Below are positions 13,596 through 27,898 of a stretch of 64,000 bases of DNA, piece after piece. Below the pieces are notes generated by a model. The model saw only the letters and a program-made list of their open reading frames with translations, had not been told where the DNA came from and made no database searches. The first letter of the stretch is position 1. Each line of letters begins with the position of its first letter. The position numbers and the translations under genes were made by a program. The stretch spans positions 79,856,001 to 79,920,000 of the forward strand of contig OX597827.1 in assembly GCA_951406725.2 (NCBI GenBank), in the 5' to 3' direction. The stretch is from Octopus vulgaris (lineage: Eukaryota).

Positions 13596-15946
13596 AACAC
13601 TTCTGGAACAGAGCTGTTCTCATTGTTTTATTAAAATATCAAAGACAAGAAAAAATAGTGAAGATGCAGAGTCTCAAGATTCCAATAATAAATTTCTCAA
13701 ACTATGTTTTAGAGGTGAATCTCAGTATTTATTTGAATACCTCTCCTCTTCTTCTTTCCCCCATCTCTCCATCATTTCCCTCATCTCATATCCATTCATC
13801 ATTCATTCCACCACCACCACCACCCCCATGCAGCTCACATAATGATGCAAAATGGTATGAAGCTTACCCACATACAGTCTCCCCAACCCACCACCATCAC
13901 TACCTTCATCCCTCTCTCTCCCTCCCTCTCTCTCTCTTTCTCTCTCTCTCTCTCATCATTCAGCCTCTGTGTAAGAGTCTGGATTGAACTGTTTGTACCC
14001 AGTACACTCCAACTGCTCCCTTTCTTCACTGATAGTCATCCGTCTCTCACCCCTGAGCCACTTCTTCTGTTACCCACCACCTGCTCTTGTCTTTGTTCAC
14101 CTCTGTGTTGCCCATCACTCCCCCCCCACACCTATTTCCACGGAAATCATTGTCTCTCTACCATCATATTCTTGCACATTTTACCCACCCATTCTCCCAT
14201 TCTAGCCCTTTTTTCTGTCATTGCACTCTCTCTCTCTCCCTCCCTCCCTCCTCTTCCTGTCCTTGATTATATTACCTGAATGAAAGAACAAGTCTTTCTC
14301 ACTACACCTACAGCATACAAGACATCTCCTGCTGTATTGGTGCTCCAGCAAAAACTTCCTCCTAACATTCTCCCTAAAGTGGTTGGTGAGCAAGCAGAGG
14401 AAAAGTAAGGTTGGCAGATCTCTTTACTTGTGTTTCATTAAGGATTTGACAAGTTTTGGTGTCACTAGAAAATGCACACAAAATACACACTGTAAAGTGG
14501 TTGGTATATGAATGGGGAAAGTGTAGAATTAAGAGGACCTTTTAGTTTTGCTTTACAACTTCTGTAATACTGGTGCCATGGGAAAATGCAGCTGGCTATA
14601 GAAACCACGCCAAAACTGCATGTACAAGCAACAGTCTATGAGAGTCTATAATGACTGTTAGTAACAACTCAGACCGTGATGACCTGTCCAGGTCATGTCA
14701 CCATGGAAAGTAGACAAAAATGCTGCAGCTGCTGCTGATGATGATGATGATGACGACCTCATGTGCGTATGGGTATGTGTGCGAGTGTGTGTGTATGTAT
14801 GTATGTATGCAAGCATGCACATGCACACACATTCAGAAACAACAGGAGTCCATTGGATAGTGCTGAAACCTGGTTTCTGTAGTGTTAATCACATGATGAG
14901 GAATTACTGCCCCAATGGTTGGCTTATAAAATTTATTGTCGCTAATTTTGTTCACTAGCCGGGGATTCCATTTCCAGCAGCTGGGTGCTTTGAAGCATGT
15001 CCATTAAAGTGCTTTGCCCACTTCTATCTACTGTAGAATCAAAAAATGAAAGTTACACATTTATCAAATGCTATGCCATCATTGTTGTTACTACCCTACA
15101 TCATCATTGTCATTATTATTTCCTTCCTGACATGGGATTCAAGAAGCTGCAAATTATCATTTTCACCATCCTAACTCCTATTTTTCCAATGTTAACTCAA
15201 CTGCACAAGAGTTTGAACATCATAAATAATGTCCTAACAACCTAGACCGAGTTGACTGCAAATCAGCTTGCTCCAGGCCTTTGAGACAGCAAATGCTTCA
15301 TTTGTCAGTTTTAATTAACGGCTATCCCTCCAAGCCTGCACTAATACCATGGCTGCTATTTCTATAATATAATGACTTTGAAATATTGTTAACAACAAGA
15401 GATCAATACAGGAGTGACAGACCGAGGCCTAAAATCATGGGTCACTTCTTTTGTGTAGGAGATGGCATTAAGGGAATCTACTAATTCAGCCCTTCAACAG
15501 TAGTTACTACTCAAGCCTAATGTAAGTGATCATATTGTGTACAGGAAATAAATCATCTGCTCCCATTAATTTTTAGAAAGCATTTCACTTTTAATCATTT
15601 TTGGAATGAAAATTTTCTCATTGATTAAAGGACCCTTTTTTTTTTTTTTTGTTTTGATAATTTTATTTTATATTTTCTTATCTGAAAATATTGAGGGAAT
15701 TTACTTCATGAAAACCCAATTTTATAATTAGAAAAAATGACAATAGTGCCAATAACAACAACAACAACAACAGCAGTAATTGTTTCTAGTAGTAGTAGTA
15801 GTAGTAGTATCTATGGTAATAATAATGACAATAAAGTGATAATAACAACAACAATAACAATATGTATCACAGTATCTTCAACTTAATTTGCACAAATGAA
15901 GAATTGTAGCTAACATTCAAACATACACACCTTTATATTCACATAA

Positions 15947-15980
<34 letters not shown>

Positions 15981-16294
15981 AGCTGTACGCATATACAGCC
16001 ATATTCATATGCTTGCACGCAGCTGTTTGTCATTAATTACTCAGAAATAAAAGAGATAGAGAACTTCATGGCAAATTGATGATGAAAAATGTTTAATTTA
16101 ATTTATACATTGTTCTAAGCTAATTTATCCTTTATCTTCAAGGGATGAATATTGGAGGAAGATTGCTGTTGGGGGGGAAAAAAAGAACAGGGTGAATTTT
16201 GTCAAAATAAAATTTTAAATTACAAATTATACATTTCATCATCGTTTTGCTCAGAAAATGTGTTTGTGTGTAATAAAGTGTGCTATGTGAGTGA

Positions 16295-16358
<64 letters not shown>

Positions 16359-16396
16359 GTGTGTGTTGTGTTATTTTGTATATGTGGTATGGTGTG

Positions 16397-16430
<34 letters not shown>

Positions 16431-17089
16431 GTGTTTATGCATATGTTTGTGCACGTGTGTGTAATTAGACTGAACAGAAAATCAATCAATTGATAGGATT
16501 GTCAAGTTTCTCATCAATTATGAAACTATCCCTTCTTTAGAAATTTGGTCTTGAAGATGTGGCAGTGCATCTTGGGAGATAAGAATAATATTTGTGTGAG
16601 TCACTAGAATGTAATTGTGAAAAATTGGTAAGTTACTGAATTATTCTAAACAGGCCAGACAAACTATAGAAGGGTGAAACATGTATGCAACAAAGAAACA
16701 ATCAGACTAGATAAAAAAATATATTTTCTAAAACTTGCAAACTACTTTGAAGGATAAAAAAAATTTCAAAATTCGGTATTAAATTTATCGATGAGACAAA
16801 AATGTTTATTGAATTAAACGTTTTTCTAGTTTCATGAATGCATTATTCAAGTTATATATTATTAAAAATTTATTCAATTTCAAAAGCACTTTGAAGAATA
16901 CTAGTTTAATAGCAAAATATGATGTTGGTATTAGATCTGGCTTAAAAAATAACTATGTTATATTTTAATCTAAGTTCTTATTGAAAAGCAAACAACTTTG
17001 TTTCATATTCAATAACCTAAAAAAGGCATTCAACTCTCCATAATTTGGTAAGTACTTAGAACACTAGGTACACGATATCAACTGAAGTC

Positions 17090-18160
17090 ATGTTCAAGAG
17101 TGATATCAGCAAAGTCAAAATCTGCAGCAGGTTCACTGAAGAATTTAATGTACACATGAAACTGCAGATAAAATAATGTTCTCAATGCCAACTATAGATC
17201 ATGAGATCATATATTGGAGTTCAGCTGTACCTAAGAACTTTTATATGCTGATTACCTGGCTCTGATGATTCAGTCTATCAAGAACTTCAAGAAATTTTCA
17301 AAATGAAAGAGAATGGTCTGAAGGTTGTAGTGGCAAGTACTAAAATTCTAATTTATATGCCAGATAAATATACTAAAGTAGTTAGTAGTAAACATCAGTG
17401 AAATGTATCAATGATTAATGTTCAGATGGTTTCCAAAATATAGGAGCTGCTTTCTTTTATACATACGTACGTACATATATATATATCACATGCTCAGTAG
17501 CAGGGATGGTTCTACTGAAAGTATTGTAGCAAGAGAAAGAAGAGGGATAAGGAGCAGTTCCTTTGTTGAGTGACACCATTTGTGCAAAAGTTACATTGCA
17601 TGAAATAGGTGTGAGACTAAACAATAGTGAGACAGTTATTAAAAGCCCATAGAGACTGGAGAGTAATCAGGTGGGTTACATTAATTTGCATGAAAGGTGA
17701 AGCATAAGTAAGCTAGGAGAGCAGCTAGCATCAGAGGCAGAAACAGTCTGTCCTGGACAGGTGACTTGTAGCAAACAATGAGTGGGGAATGCCATGAAGC
17801 ATTTTGTTAGGCTAACAATTGTGCCAGCTCACCACCTTACATGGATGATGGAAGTCATCACAACAGAAAAATATGTGAGGAAGAGGTGAGGCTAGATCTG
17901 CAGATGCTGGACCTCACTGATAACGTGACAAAGAATTGCAATAAGTGTTGATCTACTGAATGGCTGACACAAGCATGGATAATCATGGATAATCAAATAT
18001 AAAAGCATTGATGAGAAGAATGATGATAAGGATTTTAAGAAATATACTCTAGCTACAATGTTTATCAATAGTCTTGCTTCAGAAGAACTGAATATATAAA
18101 TTGGTCAGATAAGGAGTTCTGTTTGGAACAGTGGAAGCTTGCTCCATTAACATAAGGAAG
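17090..18160 (+). mobile_element. Highly decayed RTE-like RT remnant
   Basis: Fragments SKVKICSRFTEEFNVH and NGLKVV..STKIL resemble RTE RT; heavily disrupted. Confidence 0.4.
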
Positions 18161-18405
18161 ATATCTAACACTTTTCATGGAATTGAGCCATGGATTCCAT
18201 GAACTGACTTTATGTTTCAGTAAGTATCAAAATAATTTACTTGCATTTCCTTTACTATTGTTTGGTTTCAACTCCTCTGCTGGGCTTCAAATATACATTT
18301 ACAATTTACAGAACATCAAGCAATAATTAAATCTTGGCCTGACAATAAAAATATAAGTCAAAACAATTCTGTTTCCAATGTCATTTTCTAATTTACCAGA
18401 CTATA

Positions 18406-18407
<2 letters not shown>

Positions 18408-18481
<74 letters not shown>
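18408..18481. repeat. (GAT)n microsatellite
   Basis: About 24 perfect units; explains the poly-D ORF. Confidence 0.98.
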
Positions 18482-18482
<1 letters not shown>

Positions 18483-21229
18483 TTCATATTTCCAAAATTC
18501 AACCAGAATTTAGTGAAAAAATTATTAAAATTAAAATATTCTCTTACTTCTATCCTAGTTATCCATAAAGTTATTTCAGCATTGTACTTGTTTATTTTGT
18601 AGCAAGTACAATTTTTGGTGAATCATTCATATCAGCAAACAACTATTTATTTGCTGGAAAAATATGTCTTCTGTTACCTTTATCTTTTCACTGAGCAGAC
18701 TCTATCAAACACTGGATCCATGTATGAACTGGCTACAATAATTTTCAAACTTAATCTTTTCCCCTATTGCTTTTGATGGGATCCCACAAATATGGTTGTT
18801 AATATAACTTGTAGTCAAGTTACAGTTATATTTAGTGTTGCACTGATTCTCACATCAAAACACACATTTTATCCAGCCAGAGAATATTTTGTACATGGCT
18901 ACTCCTTGTCTGAAGCAATTAGTTAAACACAGTTAAGAAATACTTAAAAAAATCAAAACATATTTTTCAGATTGATAAAATGCAGTTCGTTATAAATGTG
19001 ATTACTATCGCAATGCTAATTACTACCAGAAAAATTCTTTTTGCATTCATTGTGACAAAGACATAATATTCTGCAGAAAGGATAGATTACACTGTTATTT
19101 CTGACTTTTGAAAATACCAAATACTTTTGAATGCATTGAGTTGATTACATAAGACCAGTTTCTCTTTCATTCGGAATAATGTAAATAACTTAAACAAAAC
19201 AAAACAATGCAAAGAGTTTCATTTCAAAGGACACTGGTGAATTTTTGAAGTTGTGCCAACTCAGCATTGAACAAATACAGTAACAAAACAAAGACTTGGC
19301 CTCTTCATGAAGATCTTACAAAATTGGATTCTAACACTTTTCACAAAGCTTGGTTTATTTCCATTTTGTTTTTATTACATTTCACAAATCATTTCCCAAC
19401 TTCCCTCTCTTTCTCACTCACTCTCCCACATGCACTGAATTTGGTACGACATTGTGGTTAAGAAGTTTGGTCCTATTGCATTATAGCTTGAGCAGGTGTG
19501 TTCCAATGTAGCCCTAGGCAACCCAATACCTTGTGAGTAAATTTGATAGATGGAAAATATACAAGGCTTCTTGTGTATGTATGTATAATTGAAATTTCTT
19601 GGCTGACTTCATTACATGAATGCTCATTTTACTAATTATAAGATAAGGTTCTTCATCAACAAATAACTATGATGAAAGTGAAGAAAATATAGCACAAACT
19701 GAGAACTAAGTTGCTAAGTTTAGTGTGGAATTCAGCTCAATATCAGTGTCTTTAGGAACTAATTTTAAATACCGTTTAAATGGATGAATTACTCACTTAC
19801 AAATCAGTAGTTGTGTAAAATTTAACTCTCTGACTTCCAAAAATTAGGAATGCAATATCCAATACATTAGATTATGTAGTATCTAAGACTACCTTATCCA
19901 GTGTATTCATACATTCCCCCCACCCAGTAAGGTAGGATATAATTGGAATGTGATTTGGCAGCTATTTCTAGCAGGTTGAGTAAGAGCGTAAAAGCTCCCT
20001 CACTGGATCATTATTTTCCAAAGTGATTCTATAACCATTTGTGGTGTAACAAATAAAGTCTCAGATGATGAGATCAATGGTCAAAAGATTTCTTTTTCTA
20101 TTTCCCTTGTAACTTAATGAAATGCAATTAATAAACTTGCCAAGAAGGAATCTCAGAGATTACAGGATTTAAAATAGCATATTGCATCAGAAACGAAGCC
20201 GATGCATAAAACAGTTGCAGGTATTTTCAATCTAAATTCTTTGTGAAGAGATTGGATTGATAAATGAATATCAGGATAATTTCCCTCTGTAGACTAGCTG
20301 AGATATATTCTGATCACTTTCGGTTTTTAGTAATCAGAAATTGGATCTGAGAAATCTTTCAGTGGTCCTAGAAATTTCATTCTATCATTATATTTACCTC
20401 TACAACATTTCCTTCTTTTACTTTAGAAATCAGATTTTCATGATATTATGAAATCATTCAGCCAAGCATTGTAAGTAATGACTACCACTGCAAATATTTT
20501 CCCGTTTTTCTCTCTACCAAGCTACACAAATCATTTGTCCTAAACATGTTTCAACTATGCTAGACTGCTGTCAAGTCCAATTAGTATGCTATTGCATCTT
20601 ATTAAAAGAAATTGTGAAACTGAAGCCAGGTGCTAGCCTGATGGATATTGATTGATAAATGAAATCAATATTCATGAGGCAGTCTTTTACCAAGCTCAGC
20701 TTTCTGGTGCCAAGATTCTCTTTCCCTGACACTGTCGCCAATTTTTTTTGAAAGTGAGTGAACAGGCAAGACACTTTAAACAACTGCTCTGCATTGTTAC
20801 TTAGTATGGAGTGAATCTATTCATTGTATTACACATAGAATGACAGACACATGCATACACATTCTTCTAATCTCAAAAGGAAACTGGCATTAAGTAATAG
20901 CTAATGCTACATGCAGTCAAGAACATGGTGGGTTCAGTTCACACCAATAATATACTTAGAAAAGAAAGGAACTCTCAAATTCTCACTTGACTCCAGTCCA
21001 AAGATAAACCTCAGAAATACATTGATTTAAGATACAGAGAGAGAGAGAGAGGGAGAGAGAGAGAGGTTCCCAGTATAGAAAACACTTACAAATTTTGTTG
21101 AACTTTGGCAATTTGTTTCTCATACCCTTTCTTGCTTTGTGGGGCTTGTTGATATCTGTGACCTTCTGGAATGTGTTTTGTGGACATTAAACAATTCCAT
21201 CTGCTTTAAACTTATTTCTAATTCAAGTG

Positions 21230-21423
21230 ATGGTAAGTCACATACGTGAGTCTGTTCGAAACATCCTCTTAAATGCACTTCAACCAAATTTCAAACTTCC
21301 AGTGGCAGTTTAGGACAAATTTTCTTTGTTCAAGGTTTTGTTTGGCTCCCTTCATCAATCCTAATAGGTTAAATTGGGTTATCAGTTGTTAAAGTGTACA
21401 TGCATTTTTGGGGGCACCCTGTA
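21230..21423. mobile_element. Tc1/mariner-type terminus
   Basis: Ends tttttgggggCACCCTGTA, the complement of the TACAGGGTG terminus at 43188. Confidence 0.4.
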
Positions 21424-21446
21424 TGTAGATAGACAGATAAACATAG

Positions 21447-21487
<41 letters not shown>

Positions 21488-21894
21488 CCTGTATTTAAGT
21501 TTAAAAGCACTCACACGTTGATGTATTGTATTGTGGAATATGGCTGATGGTTTCTGACATTCTTTACAGAAAGTGGTCAATGATTAGGTCTGTTAGTAAA
21601 TTTTAAATAATTACTTAATTCTAATTCATTAAGAAGTGAGCTTCCAAACAGTTTTTGAGGCAGCTCCTGGCATGTAAAAGACTTTTCAGCATTCTCTGTA
21701 CAAGATAACAGAACTTCATTTTCCTTTTATAATCAGCTTTGGCTTTTGAAACAGATTTAAATCAATAAGGATTCTAGAATAAATCTGCATTTTGAATTTC
21801 CTATGACTTGATAACTCTAATTTTTCAGATGCTTTTTTTTTTATGGGTACTTTGATTAATTGTTATTAATCTCCTGATAATGTGTGTGTGAGTA

Positions 21895-21972
<78 letters not shown>

Positions 21973-22489
21973 CATACATACATACCTGCCTCCTGTCTGT
22001 CTATATATATATATATATGCACACATGTATGTATATCATCATCCTCGTCATCATCATCATTTAACGTCCGTGTTCCATGCTAGCATGGGTAGGATGGTAC
22101 CACAAGAGCTGGCCAGGCCGAAGCCTACACCAGAGTTCTGTGACTGTTTTAGCAGGATTTTTACAGCTGGATGCCCTTCCTAACACCAACCACTCAGCAG
22201 AGTGGACTTGGTGCTTTTTACATGGCACAAGCACAGGCAAGGTCAGTTTTGGTAAGGTTTTTACAGCTGGATGCCCTTCTGAACACCAACCACTTTACAG
22301 TGTGGACCAGGTGCTTTTAAGTGGCACCTTCACTGACAGGGTCACTGAGTGCTTGCAAGACAAAAACTTTTTTAAGAGGGGAGGAGGCATTGGAGGAGGG
22401 GACGAGGAAAAGATTGTGCCATGCATGGATGTATTAGTAGAAAGCTCTAGGATGACAGTAACATTGATCACCAAAGCAGTCTGTCATGG

Positions 22490-23380
22490 ACCAACAACCA
22501 GATTACTACCTCCTACTTTGAAGGGTATGTGCTTGCAATCTAGGAACACAAAATATCAACCAAATACTTGATGTACAAAAGGGCAAGAAATGCAGGAAAA
22601 GCAGCAAAATGGGATAACCAATGCAGATGTTGTGGAGTTAACACCAAAGATGTCACCCATATGATAAGCCGATGTCTGAAAATGTCATCACAGTATTATC
22701 TACTGATGAGACATGATGTTGTAGCTCATTGTATAATGAGATCCATCTGAAGGGTAATCCTGAGGCCAAAGAAATAAGAACCCACAGTATGGTGGAAGCC
22801 ATAACCACTCATAATAAAAAGGCATATTGGTGGAATGTCCCAGTGAATACCTCAATAAAATGTAAGCCCAACAGACCTGATATAATGATTTGCAATAGAG
22901 AAGAGAAACTGTGTACAGTTGTGGAAATTAGCTGCTCAGGGGATGTTAACATAAAACTGAAGATCAATGAAAAAGAGAACACCTATGTTGAACTATTGAG
23001 AAATCTGCAGTTACTCTATCCAGATTACAAGTTTGGGTTTATACCTAAAATTATTGGGGCCCTGGGATATGTAGCACACTGCCTAAATACCAATTTTGAG
23101 AAATTAGGCTTCTTAAAGCCAGATAGAAAGCTGATTGGAAGGCTACAGATCCAAACCATCACTGGAACTTCAAAAATTAGTAAAACCTTCAAGAAGTTTA
23201 TCATTTATATGCATGAAAATACATACATAAAACAAAATATATGAATCTGCACCTATACATACATACAAAAATACCCTGTTGATGTTATTGAAATTCCAAT
23301 GAAGGAGACTTGGATCTAGGTTAGAAACTGACTCTCTCTCTATTGGCTAGAAATCTTGAAATAAAACTGAAAAATGACAT
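22490..23380 (+). mobile_element. R4/Dong-like (RLE) non-LTR retrotransposon, 5'-truncated
   Basis: CRCCG..THMISRC knuckle, RHDVVA, NRPDIMI..VEISC..EKENTY, IIGALG (PD-(D/E)xK endonuclease); frameshifts. Confidence 0.88.
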
Positions 23381-23402
23381 ACATACATACATATATATAA
23401 TA

Positions 23403-23612
23403 GAACAGAAATAAGGTTATAAGCAAATATGTTTGCTTATAACCTTATTTCTGTTCAATTCTAAACAAAATTGTCCTACAAATGGGAGTGTGAAATTCTG
23501 AGTAACAGTTTTTGTGATATTTCTGCTGCTTTTTAATAAAGCATATTACTCTACCTCTGGTATTCAAGTACTATTTTTTTCACCTTGTTTCACATTTATG
23601 TGTTCACTCTGA
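23403..23612 (+). repeat. 25-bp-arm hairpin followed by a Penelope-like terminal sequence
   Basis: gaacagaaataaggttataagcaaa-tatg-tttgcttataaccttatttctgttc. The downstream aataaa...ttactct...gtatt..agtac resembles 45953-45989. Confidence 0.5.
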
Positions 23613-24803
23613 TACATACATACACACACACATGATATGAGAGTTGTTGGGTGTGAATATAAGTGAAGTGGTACCCTGTCCAATCCTATGTACCACTTCA
23701 TTTATATTCATCCCCATTGTACCCTGAGATGTTCCAATACATCACCACCATCTCTCTCTCTTTCTCTCCTTCCCTCTCCAATTGGGTATCATGTATCTTC
23801 TCTATAGCAAGACACCTATCTCTGTCCCCCTATCATACTCTAACCTCAACTGGCACGAATCCACCACCCTGAATACTACTCCCACTCCTAGTCATGGGTT
23901 CTTTGTCTTGCTAGGTACTTGGTAACCACACCAGTGATGATGTCACGTAAAAGGCACCCAGTACACCCTGCAAAGTAGTTGATCTGAGGAAGGGCACCCA
24001 ACAATAGAGACCATGCCAAAGCAGATAATAGAGGTCGAATGCACTCCTCTGGTTTGCCAACTGCAATCGAACTGTCCAACCCATGCCAGCATGGAAACCA
24101 GACGTTAAGTGATGATGATAATGGTGACAATGCAGTGATGATGTATTTGTATGTAGAAGTGGATGAAAGTGTATCAATAAAATGCCAGAGCAATAATGAG
24201 TGAGTATAAACACTTACATGAATACTGTGTATGAAGAAGAGTCTAAGATGAAATAAATATGAGAGAAAGATAGCCACGGACAGAAAGACAGTGATTTTCT
24301 TTTCTTTTTTTTTTTTAGCTAGTATAGCTTCATATCTTGTAGAGTGTAAGCACTAAACTCCTGCCATAATTGAACCTCTGAAAGAGAGTAACTTCTCTCG
24401 CCTGCATGCAAGAAGCCTTCTCTCAATCCAAGCTGTCTTAGAGCATAACATTGATTGACAACCAGTTAATTAATTTGGGGCAATGCCCAAATGATAACGA
24501 GATGATGGATAGAGTAAAGCAACTGATATATATATATATATATATAAAAAAAAACCCAAAAAAACAGTTGCTCCCAGATGAACATCTCAAAGCATTTTCT
24601 TACTAAAATATGAATCTAAGGGAAGAGTAGAAGAAGATAATCTTTCTAATGGTGTTCTAACTTACACAAGACAGCAGCATAAAGAAGGAAAACACTACAC
24701 TTCATCCGATTAAAATGTGGCAATGCAAGAGGTAAGAGGGAGGCTGAAGAGGATACAACAGTGGAACATAAATAAAACGACAATATTTGGAATAACTGTG
24801 TTA

Positions 24804-24855
<52 letters not shown>

Positions 24856-27307
24856 TGTGTGTGTGCATGCACATGTTCAGCTCATGTCAGCAGGGAGAAA
24901 TAAGCATTATGATGCTGGTGGTGGCAATCATCATCCTCATCATTGTTCCCACCACCACCACCACCACCATCCTTATCCTCCTCCTCATCATCATGGTCAA
25001 TTTTTATTGCACTAAAAAAAAAGTGCCTTGTGGTATTTGTTCCAGCTTTTTACATTCTGAGTCCAAGTCCTACAAATTGCTGGCCTTGTGTCTATATTAG
25101 AAACATTCATTATTATGGCTAATGAAAAGAGTTCCTGGCAGATTAGTGTTTCTTGAAATCTAGAGGATTTAAAAGGAGACATTTTATAGAAATCTGGAAA
25201 TCAGTGACATTATGTTTCATAATTGTTTCTTAACCAACTCATAACTAATACTCTGTTGTTTCAAAGAATGACTCTGAGACTTCCCTGTATTCTATTGTTT
25301 CTTTTTTTCTTTTTTTTTTTTGTGGGATGAGTAGGGGGTGGGGTTATAAATTGGGAACACGGTCCTTGATATTTCTATTCCATTTTCTGCATTAAGACTC
25401 AAAGCCATGTTTTTAACCATGTTATGTATAGAATTTAATGTATTACTGATGCCTTTTTATAATTATTTGTTATACTGTTTAACGGACGCTAAACGATGAT
25501 GATGATGTTTGTAGTAGATTATTGCAAGTATTATAATTAATTTTAAGTGTGTTTCCCTTTTTTTAATTTTGTCTACAGTCATAAATATATAGTTGTGTGA
25601 CTCCAAGATAGTTTTTGCAATTTTTATCATAAAAATACACTTTCACTCAGTTTGATCCCAATTATTATCCTCCCCTGACTAAGCCCGTACTTTTGAAAGT
25701 TAAACTGTATTCCACCCTTGCACAAAGAAAGGCCACATGATGGTTTAATTCCTGACATTTAATCGATATCAATATCCCATTTGGAAGAAATATTTCACCT
25801 TCTTGTAAAACAGCTCTTTCCTCCTGAATGTAAATATGACAAAATTTCAACATAAATTCATTCAAAATAAGCTACTCAAAACTAACAAACTGCACAATTA
25901 CCCTACCATCCATTAATAATTGCAAAATTATGAATAATTAAAATTATGGGAATCCATAGAATATTTACACCCCAAAATGCAATTGCTATTCCCTAAGCAT
26001 ATGTCTAGTTAATGGCCATTGTCTAAAAAAGAATTAGTTATTCAGGCAGTCACTGTCACAGCTAACAACCTGAATGGCATAGATTACATTGGATTAATAG
26101 CAAAATAATTTTAATCAATTTGATATTAGACATTATCTGCATAGTTATACTTTGAAAATAAATTTGGTTCTGCACAAGCCTAGTGTTTGATTTTCCAAAA
26201 ATAATAGTTTAATCTACAACATTAGATTGCATTTTCTAGATAAACCAATACTTTATGCACAAATTAACTCAATCTGTAATTTATGTAGACTTGAGAAACT
26301 CTTAATTTAAAGGAGAGTACTAAACATCGAACAAGCATACTGAGATGATTTCTTTATGACTGCATATGTAAAAATACATTTTTAGATATTAGAATGGTCT
26401 CTCACCAAATGTATTTTGAAATAATGATAAAACAATTTTGTTGCTTTTTTTAAAAACCATTTGAAATTTTAAATAAAGCATTAGCGTTTGTATGAACTCT
26501 ACTTAAAAATAATTCTCTGACTTTCTCAGAATAATTGCATCTGGAGATACACTCAATAACTGCTTAATTTTCTTCCTTTTATTGGTTGTTGGCAAATGGA
26601 AATATTTTTCAAAAATTTACATACTAACTATCATAAAACCATGAACACACCAATACAGCAATGATAACAAGCCTTTTAGAATTTGAAACATTAACTACTG
26701 ACTTATAGATGACAATTTAATATTAAATTATATACTATATATATATATATAGGTGGAACCATAAAACTTACTCCATGTTATGTCACGAACCACATAATAG
26801 CAAAACTTGAAGTTGTAATGTAAATACGTAATATCCTGCTGTCATTATATACATATATGTGTGTGAGTGTGTGTTTATGCATATGATTGTGTTTTGTGTG
26901 CATACGTGTGAATAGGCATGTGTGTGTGTGTGTATACACTTACATTTTGACCCAGGGCATAAGAAGGTATATTTATATTAATTAAGTAAGCCTTGATGAT
27001 CAAAAGGATGCAATTAATATTTTGATAGCTTGTAAATTAGTAAGATTCATCATGAATGCCTCATCAATAAAAATAAAATTTCCTCTGTTTATTATTCTGC
27101 CAAAAGAGTTGATTTTATATACACATGTATATATTAGTGTTTCTTTTTTATTTGAAGTCATACATAAAAATAATGTTACATTAAACTGAAGAATTGCTCA
27201 ATGCTTTTTTAGTAGAGAATATATTTGGTATTTACTAAACTTTTACAAGAAGAGAGCTGACAACGACTGGAAACTTTCAGCCTGCTGGCATTTGTCATAC
27301 TTGGGTT

Positions 27308-27404
27308 AAGGTTGATAGTGACTTTGAAGTTTCAGCTTGCTCACCATCATCAGTCAGCCTGGTAATAGAGCGCAAGCCAAAACTTCAAAGTCACTGTCAA
27401 CCTT
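27308..27404 (-). mobile_element. Inverted pair of decayed hammerhead motifs (Penelope-like remnant)
   Basis: 33-bp imperfect arms. Minus strand reads ggctga-CTGATGA-tggtgagcaagct-GAAAC-ttcaaa-GTC-acta-tcaacc; the plus-strand copy has decayed to ctggtaa...caaaac. Confidence 0.55.
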
Positions 27405-27492
27405 TACCTTATAAAAATTAATAGAATTGCACTTTCAAGTAATCCTTCAGTTACATTGTTTTTATAAACAACTTCACATAAATGCAAACATT

Positions 27493-27580
<88 letters not shown>

Positions 27581-27583
<3 letters not shown>

Positions 27584-27760
27584 AGAGTTTACGAAAAAAA
27601 ACAAAAGATGAAGACAAGTGGTGTACAAAACAAACAGATGTATAACGCCCAGGAGTAGAAAAAGTCTTTTACGTTTCGAGCCTACGCTCTTCTACAGAAA
27701 GGGACACAGAAAAAAACAAGGAGAGAAAATAATGTGTGTAGTGGCTAACGATCTATCATA
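27581..27760 (-). repeat. ~190-bp (TA)n-associated repeat with hammerhead-like core, copy 1
   Basis: Minus strand ttctgtaGAAGAGcgtaggctcGAAACGTAaaagac; homologous to the copies at 29197, 34693 and 45563. Confidence 0.7.
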
Positions 27761-27844
27761 TATAAATATGTATCTTTGTGTATGTGAGTGTGTGTCTCTG
27801 TCTATTTGTCAGTCTATGTTTGTTTGTATGTTTGTATGTATGTA

Positions 27845-27898
<54 letters not shown>

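Noticed and set aside
18378-18602. DYKDDDD (FLAG-like) poly-Asp ORF suggesting vector contamination
   Set aside because: Chance reading of a (GAT)n microsatellite; no vector sequence nearby.
21126-21200. 75-nt frame-preserving exon candidate
   Set aside because: The acceptor lacks a pyrimidine tract and it lies next to a transposon end.
25665-25823. Phase-0 open segment EERAVLQEG... after an AG
   Set aside because: Weak pyrimidine tract and no similarity to the paralog tail exon.
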